Source: Clostridia bacterium
GTDB taxonomy: Bacteria > Bacillota > Clostridia > Monoglobales > Monoglobaceae
Assembly (NCBI GenBank): GCA_045578305.1
Contig: JAZNKA010000051.1
Coordinates: 11,308 to 75,307, forward strand
Length of the DNA stretch: 64,000 nt
Direction of reading: 5' to 3'
The notes below the pieces were generated by a model. The model saw only the letters and a list, made by a program, of their open reading frames with translations, was not told the origin of the DNA and searched no databases. A program made the position numbers and the translations under genes. Within the stretch, counting starts at the first letter, position 1. The number at the start of each line of letters is the position of its first letter. Shown here piece by piece: positions 39,528 to 48,721 of this stretch.

Positions 39528-40610
39528 CTATTCCGTATTTTCGACAGATTTTTCAAAAAAGTCGTATTTGCGCCTTATTTCTCCTGTAAGTTCTTCTTTT
39601 TCTGTAGTGGATGTATTGCGCGAAAGAAATTTTGTGATTTCATAGCAGTCAATCCAGATTTCGCCGTTTCCGTCTTTTTGGGATTCGTCAAAAATAAGCT
39701 GAATTCCAAAATGAAGATGCGGTGTGTCTATGTTGTTGGTGTTTTCTTTAGAACTGTAGCCTGTCATACCCAGGTATCCAATCACGTCCCCTGCCTTGAC
39801 GGTGTGCCCTATTGACAAATCGCCAGGATAAGGATGGTTTTTTCGAAGATGAGCGTAGTAATAATAACGCTTTCTGTCAAAGCTTCGTATTCCTATCCTC
39901 CAACCACCGTATTGATTCCAACCGATTGCTTCGACGGTACCACTTTCAACAGCGATGATAGGCGTGCCGATATTTCCCATGATATCGTGGCCAAGATGTT
40001 TTCGCTTGTAACCGTAAGAACGCGACGCACCAAAGTCGTCATAGTGCGAATATCCATAGCCTTTTGCAATGGGAGAAAAAGCTTTTAGACCATATTTTTT
40101 GGTGTATTCAAGTTCACCTGTTTCTTTTGATGCCTCCTGTACCTCGTATTCACCGACGAACTCTTTCAAAATGGCGGAATATGCTTCGTGATAATAAGGA
40201 TAGTATTTCATATCGCGGGTGATATCCTCAATTTTTTCGCCGACTTTAAGGCGGTTTGCCAAAGAGTCAAGGTCTTTTGTCTGAAATTTTGAAAAATCTC
40301 CGCCGTATTTTGATCCAAGTACTGACAAAAGCTCAATCCAGTCAAGGTGCACTTCTTTGTCCAGACTCTCAATGTCAAGCTTCATTGCTTTTTGCATTGC
40401 AGTATCTGTAACCCTGAAATCCACCCATTTAATAAACTCTTTTTTAGGAGCAGGTGATTTAACATTGATTTTTGGGGTGATTTGATTTGCTGTGGGAATA
40501 TCTTTTAAATATCCAATGGCAAACGACAAAACAAGAACAGCCAGCGCACAAAAAATAACAATTTTGCGGTTAAGCCGAAATGATATAAATATAAAAACAC
40601 CCCCTCCCAT
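39528..40610 (-). CDS. M23 family metallopeptidase (membrane-anchored)
   Basis: HLGHDI...GTPIIAVESGTV...YAHL...GYLGMTGYS...PHLHFGIQ. I chose the ATG at 40610 so the gene does not overlap the upstream gene. No clear SD, so the start is uncertain. Confidence 0.8.
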   Translation of the reverse strand: MGGGVFIFISFRLNRKIVIFCALAVLVLSFAIGYLKDIPTANQITPKINVKSPAPKKEFIKWVDFRVTDTAMQKAMKLDIESLDKEVHLDWIELLSVLGSKYGGDFSKFQTKDLDSLANRLKVGEKIEDITRDMKYYPYYHEAYSAILKEFVGEYEVQEASKETGELEYTKKYGLKAFSPIAKGYGYSHYDDFGASRSYGYKRKHLGHDIMGNIGTPIIAVESGTVEAIGWNQYGGWRIGIRSFDRKRYYYYAHLRKNHPYPGDLSIGHTVKAGDVIGYLGMTGYSSKENTNNIDTPHLHFGIQLIFDESQKDGNGEIWIDCYEITKFLSRNTSTTEKEELTGEIRRKYDFFEKSVENTE

Positions 40611-40647
40611 AAAGTTTATGGAAAGGGGCGCGTGAATATGTCCCAAA

Positions 40648-41277
40648 TTATTCAGTTTTGTCCGAAAATCCGTTTTGCAAAGCTTTGATAGCCCATAGCC
40701 TGTTGATTTCTGAATCATTTTCGTCCATTTCGGGATAATTTTCAAATTGTTTCGAAATGGTCTGATATGTGTCAAAACTGAGTATGGCACGGACATTTTC
40801 GGCATTTGCTGTGATAATAAAGAAAATAAGGCTTTTGTCATCAGGGTTCTGACCGCTGTAGTATATCCCAAGGATTTCGCTGCCCTGCCGTTCTTCTTCA
40901 AACTGGTCTTCGAGCATAATTTTGTAAAGCTCGACAACGCGGTCGTCGATGCCGTCTTCCATAAGGGCAATTTTTTCTACAAATTCGTTTATAGTGCGGA
41001 CAATTCTCAGGGTATATCCGGTCGTCTCGACAACCAAATCATCCTTTTCGGGAATAAGTGAGACCATAAAATTATTGTCTTTGTCTAGGTAGGTACATTC
41101 GTAAGAAACAAGGATTTCCTCGCCGCATTCTTTGCAGCAAAAGCGAAATAAGTCGCGATTGAAAATACTTTCTTTAAGGTCAGGGTCAAGAGTTACATCT
41201 ACAAACGTAACTGTCCTGAAATTCCCTTCCTCAAGACATGCGGGACAGGTGACGCGAATGGTTTTTTCTTTTTCCAT
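40648..41277 (-). CDS. CpXC domain-containing protein
   Basis: CPAC...(about 40 aa)...CKECGEE zinc-ribbon-like pairs at the N-terminus, as in the CpXC domain. ATG at 41277 follows AAGAGGT. Confidence 0.7.
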   Translation of the reverse strand: MEKEKTIRVTCPACLEEGNFRTVTFVDVTLDPDLKESIFNRDLFRFCCKECGEEILVSYECTYLDKDNNFMVSLIPEKDDLVVETTGYTLRIVRTINEFVEKIALMEDGIDDRVVELYKIMLEDQFEEERQGSEILGIYYSGQNPDDKSLIFFIITANAENVRAILSFDTYQTISKQFENYPEMDENDSEINRLWAIKALQNGFSDKTE

Positions 41278-41289
41278 AGTCAATACCTC

Positions 41290-42216
41290 TTATTTTGTTA
41301 TCGTTTTGATGTCATATGGTGTGGTCTGGTAAACAAAGTAGTTAAGCCAGTTTGAATAAAGCAGATTTGCATGAGACCGCCATGTGACAAGCGGATTTTG
41401 ACTTGGGTCATCATCCGGGAAGTAATTAAATGGGACTTTGATATCAAGGCCCTTGCCAACATCGCGCAAATATTCTTTTTGAAGTGTATCGCTATCGTAC
41501 TCAGAATGACCGGTGATGAAGAATCGGCGTTCGTTTTTGTCGGTAATGATATAAACGCCTGCGTCGTCGGATTCTGCCAGAATTTCAAGAGCAGAAACTT
41601 TTTCGATATCACTTTTTCTGACTTCGGTATGGCGCGAGTGAGGAACAAAAAACGAGTCGTCAAACCCGCGAAGAAGCATTTTGTGCTTTTTGTCAGGACA
41701 AACATGATGCTTGAAAACACCAAAAATCTTTTCAGGGACATCATATTTGCGCACGCCATAGTGATAATAAAGTGCTGCCTGAGCACCCCAACATATGTGG
41801 AAGGTAGAGGTTACATTCTCCTTTGACCATTCCATTATCTGACACAATTCGTCCCAATAGTCAACATCTTCAAAGTCAAGGGTCTCGACAGGGGCACCTG
41901 TGATGATAAGGCCGTCAAATTTGCTGTCTTTGATATCGTCAAAGGTTTTGTAAAATGTCTCGATGTGACTTTTGGAAGTGTTTTTTGAGACATGTGTCTT
42001 TGTGTGAACAAATTGAACGTTTATCTGAAGTGGGGTGTTGCCCAAAACTCGAAGAAGCTGAGTTTCGGTTTCGACTTTTGTGGGCATAAGGTTAAGCACC
42101 GCAATCTCAAGCGGGCGGATGTCCTGAGTGAGCGCCCTTGTTTCGGTGATAACAAATATATTTTCATTATTAAGAATTTCGATTGCAGGAAGCGAGTCTG
42201 AAACTTTGATTGGCAT
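41290..42216 (-). CDS. metA: Homoserine O-acyltransferase (MetA family)
   Basis: [22 protein letters not shown]...[14 protein letters not shown]...[14 protein letters not shown] at 42216 follows GGAGGTG. Confidence 0.93.
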   Translation of the reverse strand: MPIKVSDSLPAIEILNNENIFVITETRALTQDIRPLEIAVLNLMPTKVETETQLLRVLGNTPLQINVQFVHTKTHVSKNTSKSHIETFYKTFDDIKDSKFDGLIITGAPVETLDFEDVDYWDELCQIMEWSKENVTSTFHICWGAQAALYYHYGVRKYDVPEKIFGVFKHHVCPDKKHKMLLRGFDDSFFVPHSRHTEVRKSDIEKVSALEILAESDDAGVYIITDKNERRFFITGHSEYDSDTLQKEYLRDVGKGLDIKVPFNYFPDDDPSQNPLVTWRSHANLLYSNWLNYFVYQTTPYDIKTITK

Positions 42217-42256
42217 TTTGTACACCTCCGTATATTATTAAAAAGCAATTGAATAT

Positions 42257-42285
42257 ATTATAACATAATAAAAAAAATATAGCAA
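42257..42285 (-). promoter_or_regulatory. Putative metA promoter
   Basis: On the minus strand: TTGCTA, 17 nt spacer, TATAAT. Confidence 0.45.
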
Positions 42286-42390
42286 CACAAAAATAAAAGA
42301 TTTGAAAGCTCATTTTTCCCTGTAAAAAGGCGGAGGAATGGAATTTTTACAAGGGTAAAATAATAAATTAAAAAACTGAAAAATTTTGCT

Positions 42391-42419
42391 TGACATAAGA
42401 GATAAAAGTGGCTATAATG
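42391..42419 (+). promoter_or_regulatory. Sigma-A promoter of rpsU
   Basis: TTGACA, 17 nt spacer, TATAAT (perfect consensus). Confidence 0.65.
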
Positions 42420-42502
42420 GAAAGGTAGAATTTTTTTGAAACACATTTGACAAAAGAAAATCCACATTTCCAATTTTATTATTGGAGGGAGGGAAATCAA
42501 TA

Positions 42503-42679
42503 ATGGCTGAAATCAGAGTTAAAGAAAATGAATCATTGGACAGTGCTCTTCGCCGCTTTAAGCGTTCATGCGCAAAAGCAGGTGTTATTTCAGAAGTCAG
42601 AAAAAGGGAACATTATGAGAAACCCAGCGTAAGACGCAAAAAGAAGTCAGAGGCTGCGAGAAAGCGTAAGTTCAGATAA
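42503..42679 (+). CDS. rpsU: 30S ribosomal protein S21
   Basis: [54 protein letters not shown]. Confidence 0.95.
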   Translation: MAEIRVKENESLDSALRRFKRSCAKAGVISEVRKREHYEKPSVRRKKKSEAARKRKFR

Positions 42680-42696
42680 CTTAATTAATGTGTGTT

Positions 42697-42735
42697 TAAA
42701 GCCGCCGTCTTTTGACGGCGGTTTAAATTTTTTTG
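42697..42735 (+). terminator. Intrinsic terminator after rpsU
   Basis: AAAGCCGCCGTC-tttt-GACGGCGGTTT followed by a T-rich run. Confidence 0.8.
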
Positions 42736-42748
42736 GAGGGAAAAAGCT

Positions 42749-43192
42749 ATGGCACTTAAAGAAAAATTGATGGATGATTTGAAAATGGCAATGAAGGACA
42801 AAGATATAACCCGAAAAAACACCGTTCAGATGGTGCGTTCGGCTATTCTTCAGTTCGAAAAAGACAATCTTTGCGAGCTTGACGACGACGGAATTTTGGA
42901 TGTTATTGCAAAGGAACTTAAAAAACGTCGTGATGTTTTGCCCGAGTACGAAAAAAGCGGCAGAGATGATTTGATTGAGGTCCTCAACAAAGAAATTGAG
43001 ACACTTCTTGCATATCTTCCCAAACAGCTTACCAAAGAAGAACTTGAGGCGATTGTAAAAGAAGCAATCGCAGAGGTTGGAGCAACCTCGATGAAGGATA
43101 TGGGAAAGATTATGGCGGCAGTTATGCCCAAAACACGCGGCAGAGCCGACGGGAAAATGATAAATCAGATAGTTAAAGAAAGTCTTTCTTAA
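42749..43192 (+). CDS. yqeY: GatB/YqeY domain-containing protein
   Basis: MALKEKLMDDLKMAMKDKD...ILQFEKDN. The rpsU-yqeY order matches B. subtilis. Confidence 0.88.
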   Translation: MALKEKLMDDLKMAMKDKDITRKNTVQMVRSAILQFEKDNLCELDDDGILDVIAKELKKRRDVLPEYEKSGRDDLIEVLNKEIETLLAYLPKQLTKEELEAIVKEAIAEVGATSMKDMGKIMAAVMPKTRGRADGKMINQIVKESLS

Positions 43193-43232
43193 ACTTAGAA
43201 TATCACAATCATAAAAAGGAATTATATAATAT

Positions 43233-43730
43233 ATGAGCAGTATTTTTTTGCCCGATATTTTTGCAGAAACGGTTTTTGATATTGATATTGATGTTTTAAA
43301 GCAGAGTGGTATCAAAGCATTTATTTTTGATATTGACAACACTCTTGCAACCTATGCCATGCCCATCGCCGACAAAAAGACGGCTGACTGGGTTGCGGAG
43401 CTTAAGGACAAGGGCCTTGGCGTTTTTATTGTATCCAACAACAACCGCGAACGCGTAAGGGTGTTTGCGGAGAATTTGAATGTCCGCCATTTCGGCAAAG
43501 CACTTAAACCGCTTGACATATTCTTGCGCAAAGCTTGCAAAGTTATGGGTGTGAAGCCAAGGGAAACCGCCCTTGTAGGTGACCAGCTTTTTACTGATAT
43601 ATGGGGTGGCAACCTGATTGGAATGAAAACCATTCTGGTAAAACCTATCTCGGATGTTGAAGATGGATTTGTAAAGTTTAAACGCCGGTTTGAAAAACGG
43701 ATACTTTCTAAAATGGACAAACAGAGGTGA
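43233..43730 (+). CDS. YqeG family HAD-IIIA phosphatase
   Basis: FIFDIDNTL (DxDxT) and VSNN motifs. About 165 aa. Confidence 0.85.
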   Translation: MSSIFLPDIFAETVFDIDIDVLKQSGIKAFIFDIDNTLATYAMPIADKKTADWVAELKDKGLGVFIVSNNNRERVRVFAENLNVRHFGKALKPLDIFLRKACKVMGVKPRETALVGDQLFTDIWGGNLIGMKTILVKPISDVEDGFVKFKRRFEKRILSKMDKQR

Positions 43731-43734
43731 GTGA

Positions 43735-44601
43735 ATGAGCGCAATACTCGGACCTGCAGGCAACTGTGAGGATTTTTATGACGCAGGACACAAGTCCTCA
43801 CTTGAAGCGCCCAAATGGGTTTTTGATATGGGACTTGGTGCTTACGAATACCAATGCGGCAAGGGCGTCAAGATTTCGGAAGAGGCGGCAAAAAAACTGG
43901 GTGCGCGCGCAAACGAATATGGTATTGCCCTGTCTGTGCACGCTCCGTATTATATTAGCCTTTCGTCTGTCGAAAAGGAAAAACGCGACAAAAGCATAGA
44001 TTATATTTTAAAAACTCTAAGTGTTGCAAAAGCAATGGGCGCAAAACGCATAGTCGTGCATTCGGGTGCGGCAGGCAGCATAACCCGACGCGAAGCAATG
44101 GAACTTGCCAAGGATACCCTTTCGCGAAGTGTTGCAGCTGCAAAAGAGGCAGGTTTTGGTGATATATTCATCTGTCCCGAGACGATGGGCAAGGTAAAAC
44201 AGCTTGGCTCGGTTGACGAGGTAATAGAACTTTGCCAGCTTGACGAAATGCTTCTTCCCACCATTGACTTTGGTCATGTAAACTCAATGACATTGGGTGG
44301 ACTTAAGACCAAGGCTGATTTCGAAAAGATTTTTGATGCGCTCGGGAACAAGCTTGGTGGATGGCGTGCGGCAAATTTCCACGCGCATTACAGCCGTATC
44401 GAATATACAAATGCAGGCGAAAAAAAGCATCATACGCTTGCCGAGACCGAGTACGAGCCGGATTTTGAACCTATTGCCGAAATTATTGCAAAGCGAAAGC
44501 TTTCGCCCGTGATAATTTGCGAGTCAAGAGGAACACAAACCCGTGATGCCGTAAATATGCAAGAAATCTGCAGGGGGTATGAAGATGCTTTCAAAGCTTG
44601 A
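43735..44601 (+). CDS. Xylose-isomerase-like TIM-barrel protein (AP endonuclease family 2 / endonuclease IV-like)
   Basis: LSVHAPYYISL, RIVVHSG, PETMGK and IDFGHV pattern. SD GAGGTGA. Confidence 0.7.
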   Translation: MSAILGPAGNCEDFYDAGHKSSLEAPKWVFDMGLGAYEYQCGKGVKISEEAAKKLGARANEYGIALSVHAPYYISLSSVEKEKRDKSIDYILKTLSVAKAMGAKRIVVHSGAAGSITRREAMELAKDTLSRSVAAAKEAGFGDIFICPETMGKVKQLGSVDEVIELCQLDEMLLPTIDFGHVNSMTLGGLKTKADFEKIFDALGNKLGGWRAANFHAHYSRIEYTNAGEKKHHTLAETEYEPDFEPIAEIIAKRKLSPVIICESRGTQTRDAVNMQEICRGYEDAFKA

Positions 44602-45634
44602 CCACTTATTTTTGGAATATGATGGGATTTTGATTACTTCTCCTTTCAATATGCGGTATTTCAGCAAATTTTCAGGCGGCGAGGGTGCGGTCTGGATTTC
44701 GAAAAACCAAAAAATTGTCTTTACTGACTCCAGATATACTGAGCAAGCTGAGAACGAGGCAAAAAAATTTGAAGTTCGCGAAACAAATAACTGGATTGGC
44801 GAAGTTTCCTTAATTGTAAAGGAAGAAAAAATAAATAGCGTGCTTTTTGAAGACCAAAGCGTAAGTGCCTCGGTGTATCTCAAAATGCAAAATGAATTTG
44901 AAAAAGCACAGCTTTTTGCAGGGTCTGACAAATTAAACAAGCTTCGTATGGCAAAAACTGAAGACGAGCTTAAAACAATAGCAAAAGCCGAGCAAATCTG
45001 TTGCAAAGCATTTGTACGGATCCTTGATTTTATAAAGCCGGGGATGAGTGAAAAGACAGTTGCAACTGAGCTTGAATATTATATGAAGCAAGAGGGTGGC
45101 GAAGGTACTGCATTTGATACAGTTGCGGTTTCGGGCGCAAGATGCAGCCTTCCTCACGGCGTACCAAGTGACAAAAAAATTGAAAGAGGCGATTTTGTAA
45201 CCCTTGATTTTGGATGTATGCTTGGCGGATACGCGTCGGATATGACCAGGACAATTGTTGTGGGAAAAGCGAGTGAAGAACAGAAAAAAGTTTATAATGC
45301 CGTAAAAGATGCACAACAGGCAGGACTTGATTTTATACGCGCAGGAGTTTTGTCAAAGGATGCTGATAATGCTGCCCGAAGCGTAATCGAAAGTTGCGGC
45401 TTTGGCAAGTATTTCAGACATTCGCTTGGACACGGAGTGGGACTTTTGGTCCACGAACTCCCAAATCTTTCGCCAAAATCGGAGATTACTCTGGAAGAAA
45501 ATATGGTGGTAAGCTGCGAGCCGGGGATATATATTCCGGATTTTGGCGGAGTAAGAATTGAGGATTTGATTTGTGTTAAAAACGGCGGCAATCTGAATTT
45601 TACCGATGCCGAAAAGGGTTTGATCGAACTGTAG
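44585..45634 (+). CDS. M24 family Xaa-Pro aminopeptidase (YqhT-like)
   Basis: Pita-bread motifs DFGCMLGGYASDMTRT, HGVGLLVHE and EPGIY...VRIED. Sits upstream of efp, as in B. subtilis. Confidence 0.9.
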   Translation: MLSKLDHLFLEYDGILITSPFNMRYFSKFSGGEGAVWISKNQKIVFTDSRYTEQAENEAKKFEVRETNNWIGEVSLIVKEEKINSVLFEDQSVSASVYLKMQNEFEKAQLFAGSDKLNKLRMAKTEDELKTIAKAEQICCKAFVRILDFIKPGMSEKTVATELEYYMKQEGGEGTAFDTVAVSGARCSLPHGVPSDKKIERGDFVTLDFGCMLGGYASDMTRTIVVGKASEEQKKVYNAVKDAQQAGLDFIRAGVLSKDADNAARSVIESCGFGKYFRHSLGHGVGLLVHELPNLSPKSEITLEENMVVSCEPGIYIPDFGGVRIEDLICVKNGGNLNFTDAEKGLIEL

Positions 45635-45667
45635 TCGTCAAAAAACCCCAATGTTATAAAATTTTTC

Positions 45668-45696
45668 TTGATTTTTTTGGGATAGTAGTATACAAT
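45668..45696 (+). promoter_or_regulatory. Putative efp promoter
   Basis: TTGATT, 17 nt spacer, TACAAT. Confidence 0.45.
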
Positions 45697-45731
45697 AGAA
45701 GAAGAAATAAAGTTTTATGGAGGGAATACCA

Positions 45732-46286
45732 ATGATATCTGCAGGTGAATTCAGAAACGGCATTACTTTCGAATTTGAAGGAAATGTTTATCAGGTTGTA
45801 GAATTCCAACATGTAAAGCCCGGTAAAGGTGCAGCTTTTGTAAGAACAAAAATGAAGAATATCGTTACCGGCGGTGTTGTAGAACGCAGCTTCAACCCGA
45901 CAGAAAAGGTTGAAAAAGCACATATTGAAAGAAAGGATATGGAATATATTTACGAAGACGGCGGCCTTTTCTATTTTATGGATCAGGACTACGAGCAGGT
46001 TCCGCTCAGCGCAGACCAGCTTGGAGATGCGCTCAAGTTTGTCAAAGAAAATATGACAGTTACCATTCTTTCGTACAAGGGCAATGTTTTTGCTGTTGAG
46101 CCTCCTACATTTGTAGAGCTCGTTGTTACTGCAACCGAGCCGGGCGTAAAAGGCAATACTGCAACAAACGTTACCAAACCCGCAACAGTTGAAACAGGTG
46201 CGATTGTTACTGTTCCTATGTTTATCAACGAGGGTGACAAAATCAAGATTGATACAAGAACTTCGGAGTATCTTTCAAGAGTTTAA
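45732..46286 (+). CDS. efp: Elongation factor P
   Basis: [46 protein letters not shown] at 45732 follows GGAGGG. Confidence 0.96.
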   Translation: MISAGEFRNGITFEFEGNVYQVVEFQHVKPGKGAAFVRTKMKNIVTGGVVERSFNPTEKVEKAHIERKDMEYIYEDGGLFYFMDQDYEQVPLSADQLGDALKFVKENMTVTILSYKGNVFAVEPPTFVELVVTATEPGVKGNTATNVTKPATVETGAIVTVPMFINEGDKIKIDTRTSEYLSRV

Positions 46287-46295
46287 AAACTGCTG

Positions 46296-46326
46296 ATCCC
46301 GCCAAATTCGGCGGGATTGTTTTTTA
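46296..46326 (+). terminator. Intrinsic terminator after efp
   Basis: ATCCCGCC-aaattc-GGCGGGAT followed by TTGTTTTTT. Confidence 0.8.
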
Positions 46327-46409
46327 GTCAAAATTTCCCTTTACTATTTTCAAAATATGTGTTAAAATAATATTGTAACAAAAATTAAAACTATCGGAGG
46401 ATTTTAATT

Positions 46410-46826
46410 ATGGCAGAATTTACAAATCGCGCAGCTTATCTCAAAGGTCTTGCTGACGGAATGAAATTGGATAAAGAAAAAAACGAGGGCAAATTGCTTG
46501 CTGAAATCATTGATTTTCTCTCTGACATTGCTGACGAAATCGAAGCGCTTGACGAAGAACAAGGCTTTATCGCAGACCAGCTTGACGAACTTGACGAAGA
46601 ACTTGAAATCATTGGTGACGAAGTGTTTGATGATTATGACGAGGACTATGACGACGATGACGAATTTCAGATTACCTGCGAGGCTTGTGGCGAAGACATA
46701 ATCGTTACAACCGAGGATTTGATGGACGGCGAAATTCTTTGCCCCAATTGCGGCGAAACAATCGAGTTTGACTTTGATTGTGACTGCGATTGCGAAGACT
46801 GCGACGGAAACTGCGATTGCGAATAA
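46410..46826 (+). CDS. Highly acidic zinc-ribbon protein with a C-terminal Cys-Asp repeat tail; function unknown
   Basis: Strong SD GGAGGA. Coiled/acidic middle (DEEL.., DDYDEDYDDDDE). CEACGED...CPNCGE ribbon. Tail DFDCDCDCEDCDGNCDCE. Confidence 0.75.
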   Translation: MAEFTNRAAYLKGLADGMKLDKEKNEGKLLAEIIDFLSDIADEIEALDEEQGFIADQLDELDEELEIIGDEVFDDYDEDYDDDDEFQITCEACGEDIIVTTEDLMDGEILCPNCGETIEFDFDCDCDCEDCDGNCDCE

Positions 46827-46835
46827 TATCTTATT

Positions 46836-46874
46836 AAAAAAGATGAAGTTGCTTCGGTGACTTCATTTTTTTTT
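46836..46874 (+). terminator. Intrinsic terminator
   Basis: ATGAAGT(TGC-ttcg-GTG)ACTTCAT stem with a UUCG loop, followed by T9. Confidence 0.8.
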
Positions 46875-46894
46875 GCTAAAAATTAAAAAAAGTA

Positions 46895-46922
46895 TTGACA
46901 AACAAAAAAAATGTGTTATAAT
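46895..46922 (+). promoter_or_regulatory. Promoter of the Fur-family gene (extended -10)
   Basis: TTGACA, 16 nt spacer, TGtTATAAT. Confidence 0.55.
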
Positions 46923-46950
46923 AACAGTAACAGTTATCGTTATTGTTTTG
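46917..46950 (+). promoter_or_regulatory. AT-rich repeat cluster overlapping the -10; candidate Fur/PerR-type operator
   Basis: TTATAATAACAGTAACAGTTATCGTTATTG contains the ATAAC-N7-GTTAT inverted repeat, plus AACAGT x2 and GTTAT x2. Confidence 0.3.
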
Positions 46951-46992
46951 TGATACAACTGTAAACTAAAAATATGAGTGAGGTGTTGACTT

Positions 46993-47376
46993 ATGAATGC
47001 ATCAAAACACAGCAAACAAAGGGATGCCATTCTTGAAGTTTTACATTCCACAAAGGCTCACCCCACAGCAGATGCTATTTATGCAGAGGTCCGAAAAAAA
47101 ATCCCAAACATAAGTCTTGGCACGGTTTATCGCAATCTGGCAAAACTGTCCGAGGATAACACCATCATCAAGGTAAATGCAGGGACAGGGGTCGAACATT
47201 TTGATGGTACCCCGACGCCACATTATCATGTTGTGTGTACCGAATGCGGAGCAATTGATGATATCGATGCGGAACCGCTTGAAGAAGTCAATTTGTGGGC
47301 GGCAAAAAATTTTAAAGGTGAAATTTATAAGCACTCTACCATTTTTTTTGGAAAGTGCGAAAAATGTAAAAATTAA
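46993..47376 (+). CDS. Fur family transcriptional repressor (PerR-like)
   Basis: HPTADAIYAEVRKKIPNISLGTVYRNLAKL winged helix. HYHVVCTECG ... GKCEKC structural Zn cysteines. Adjacent to rubrerythrin. Confidence 0.88.
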   Translation: MNASKHSKQRDAILEVLHSTKAHPTADAIYAEVRKKIPNISLGTVYRNLAKLSEDNTIIKVNAGTGVEHFDGTPTPHYHVVCTECGAIDDIDAEPLEEVNLWAAKNFKGEIYKHSTIFFGKCEKCKN

Positions 47377-47403
47377 ACTATTATTTTAGGAGGAAAAAGT
47401 ATT

Positions 47404-47991
47404 ATGAAAAAATTTGTATGTTCGGTTTGCGGTTATGTTCACGAGGGTGATTCAGCTCCCGAAGCTTGCCCGGTATGCAAGGTTCCGGCTGAAAAGTTTA
47501 AAGAAATGCAGGAGGGCGCAGCACTTGCTGCAGAGCACGAATATGGCGTGTACGGCAAAACCGTAAAGAACAACCCCGATATCAGCGAGGAAGATAAAAA
47601 GTATATCTTCGAACAGCTTATGGCAAACTTCAACGGCGAGTGCGCAGAAGTTGGTATGTATCTTTGCATGGCAAGAATTGCACACCGCGAAGGTTATCCT
47701 GAAGTAGGACTTTACTGGGAAAAGGCAGCTTACGAAGAAGCAGAACATGCAGCAAAATTTGCAGAGCTTTTGGGCGAAGACCTCGAACCCAATATGAAGG
47801 CTACAACCAAAGACAACCTCAGATGGAGAGTTGACTGCGAATATGGTGCAACTCAGGGCAAGTTTGATTTGGCTTCTTGTGCAAAGAAAAACGGCCTTGA
47901 TGCAATACATGATACCGTGCATGAAATGGCGCGCGACGAGGCTCGACATGGTAAAGGTCTTGAAGGACTTCTTAAGAGATATTTTGGCTAA
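47404..47991 (+). CDS. rbr: Reverse rubrerythrin (N-terminal rubredoxin-like domain plus diiron ferritin-like domain)
   Basis: [10 protein letters not shown]...CPVCKVP at the N-terminus, then ECAEVGMY...EEAEHAAKF...[10 protein letters not shown] diiron ligand pattern. Confidence 0.9.
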   Translation: MKKFVCSVCGYVHEGDSAPEACPVCKVPAEKFKEMQEGAALAAEHEYGVYGKTVKNNPDISEEDKKYIFEQLMANFNGECAEVGMYLCMARIAHREGYPEVGLYWEKAAYEEAEHAAKFAELLGEDLEPNMKATTKDNLRWRVDCEYGATQGKFDLASCAKKNGLDAIHDTVHEMARDEARHGKGLEGLLKRYFG

Positions 47992-47996
47992 TAAGA

Positions 47997-48027
47997 AAGA
48001 GGCGGTGTAACAATCGCCTCTTATTTT
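47997..48027 (+). terminator. Intrinsic terminator after rbr
   Basis: AAGAGGCG-loop-CGCCTCTT followed by ATTTT. Confidence 0.65.
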
Positions 48028-48045
48028 AAAAAATGAGGTGATTAT

Positions 48046-48558
48046 ATGTTAGATGCAAAGGTTTCAAAATTACTTAACGAGCAAATTACAAAAGAGCTAT
48101 ATTCGGCTTATTTATATTTGGATTTTTCTGTGTTTTACGAAGCGCAGGGACTTGACGGATATTCAAACTGGTATATGATTCAGGCACAGGAAGAAAGAGA
48201 CCACGCTATGCTGTTTTTAAAATATTTGCAGCAAAACGGTGAGGAAGTAAAGCTTGGTGCAATTGACAAACCTGACAAGGTTCTTTCTTCACTTATGGAC
48301 CCGCTTAAGGCAGGATTTGAGCACGAGCAGTATGTGACAAGTCTTATCAACGATATTTATGCTGCGGCATATGAGGTCAAAGACTTCAGGACAATGCAAT
48401 TTTTGGATTGGTTTGTCAAAGAACAGCTTGAGGAAGAAAAAAATGCCGATGATATGATAAAGAAAATGGAGCTTTTTGGAGGCGATTCAAAAGGACTTTA
48501 CTCACTTGATGCAGAGTATGCAGCAAGAGTGTATACGGCACCATCATTAGTTTTATAA
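48046..48558 (+). CDS. Non-haem ferritin
   Basis: LNEQITKELYSAYLYL...QAQEERDHAMLFLKYL ferroxidase-centre pattern. 170 aa. Confidence 0.92.
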   Translation: MLDAKVSKLLNEQITKELYSAYLYLDFSVFYEAQGLDGYSNWYMIQAQEERDHAMLFLKYLQQNGEEVKLGAIDKPDKVLSSLMDPLKAGFEHEQYVTSLINDIYAAAYEVKDFRTMQFLDWFVKEQLEEEKNADDMIKKMELFGGDSKGLYSLDAEYAARVYTAPSLVL

Positions 48559-48560
48559 AG

Positions 48561-48593
48561 AAAAAAGCCCTCAATATCAGAGGGCTTTTTTCT
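48561..48593 (+). terminator. Intrinsic terminator after ferritin
   Basis: AAAAAGCCCTC-aatatca-GAGGGCTTTTTT. Confidence 0.85.
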
Positions 48594-48620
48594 TGTTTAT
48601 CAGGGAGAAACAAAAATATA

Positions 48621-48649
48621 TTGATTTTCTTCGATTTAGTTAGTATAAT
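48621..48649 (+). promoter_or_regulatory. Promoter of the CDF transporter gene
   Basis: TTGATT, 17 nt spacer, TATAAT. Confidence 0.5.
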
Positions 48650-48656
48650 TATATTG

Positions 48657-48682
48657 ACAAATGTGTCCGTTGACGGACTTGT
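48657..48682 (+). promoter_or_regulatory. Palindrome just downstream of the -10; candidate metal-sensor operator
   Basis: ACAA-atgt-GTCCGT-tg-ACGGAC-TTGT. Confidence 0.3.
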
Positions 48683-48721
48683 TGCGGCGCAAAATTATAA
48701 TGCAGACACAAAGAGGGATTT

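Noticed and set aside
40611-40970. 5' extension of the M23 peptidase ORF (120 extra codons)
   Set aside because: The extension overlaps the CpXC gene in another frame, has no family similarity, and precedes the obvious N-terminal TM anchor.
42217-42390. Expected a SAM (S-box) riboswitch upstream of metA
   Set aside because: The leader is only about 40 nt after the putative -10. It is AT-rich and has none of the conserved S-box helices or GG/CC motifs.
42258-42500. 80-codon minus-strand ORF in the metA/rpsU intergenic region
   Set aside because: The region is occupied by two divergent consensus promoters. The ORF is AT-rich, Phe/Ile/Leu-rich noise with no SD.
42647-43342. 231-codon ORF antisense to yqeY
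   Set aside because: It is a shadow ORF, and the yqeY sense frame has a strong SD and family-typical sequence.
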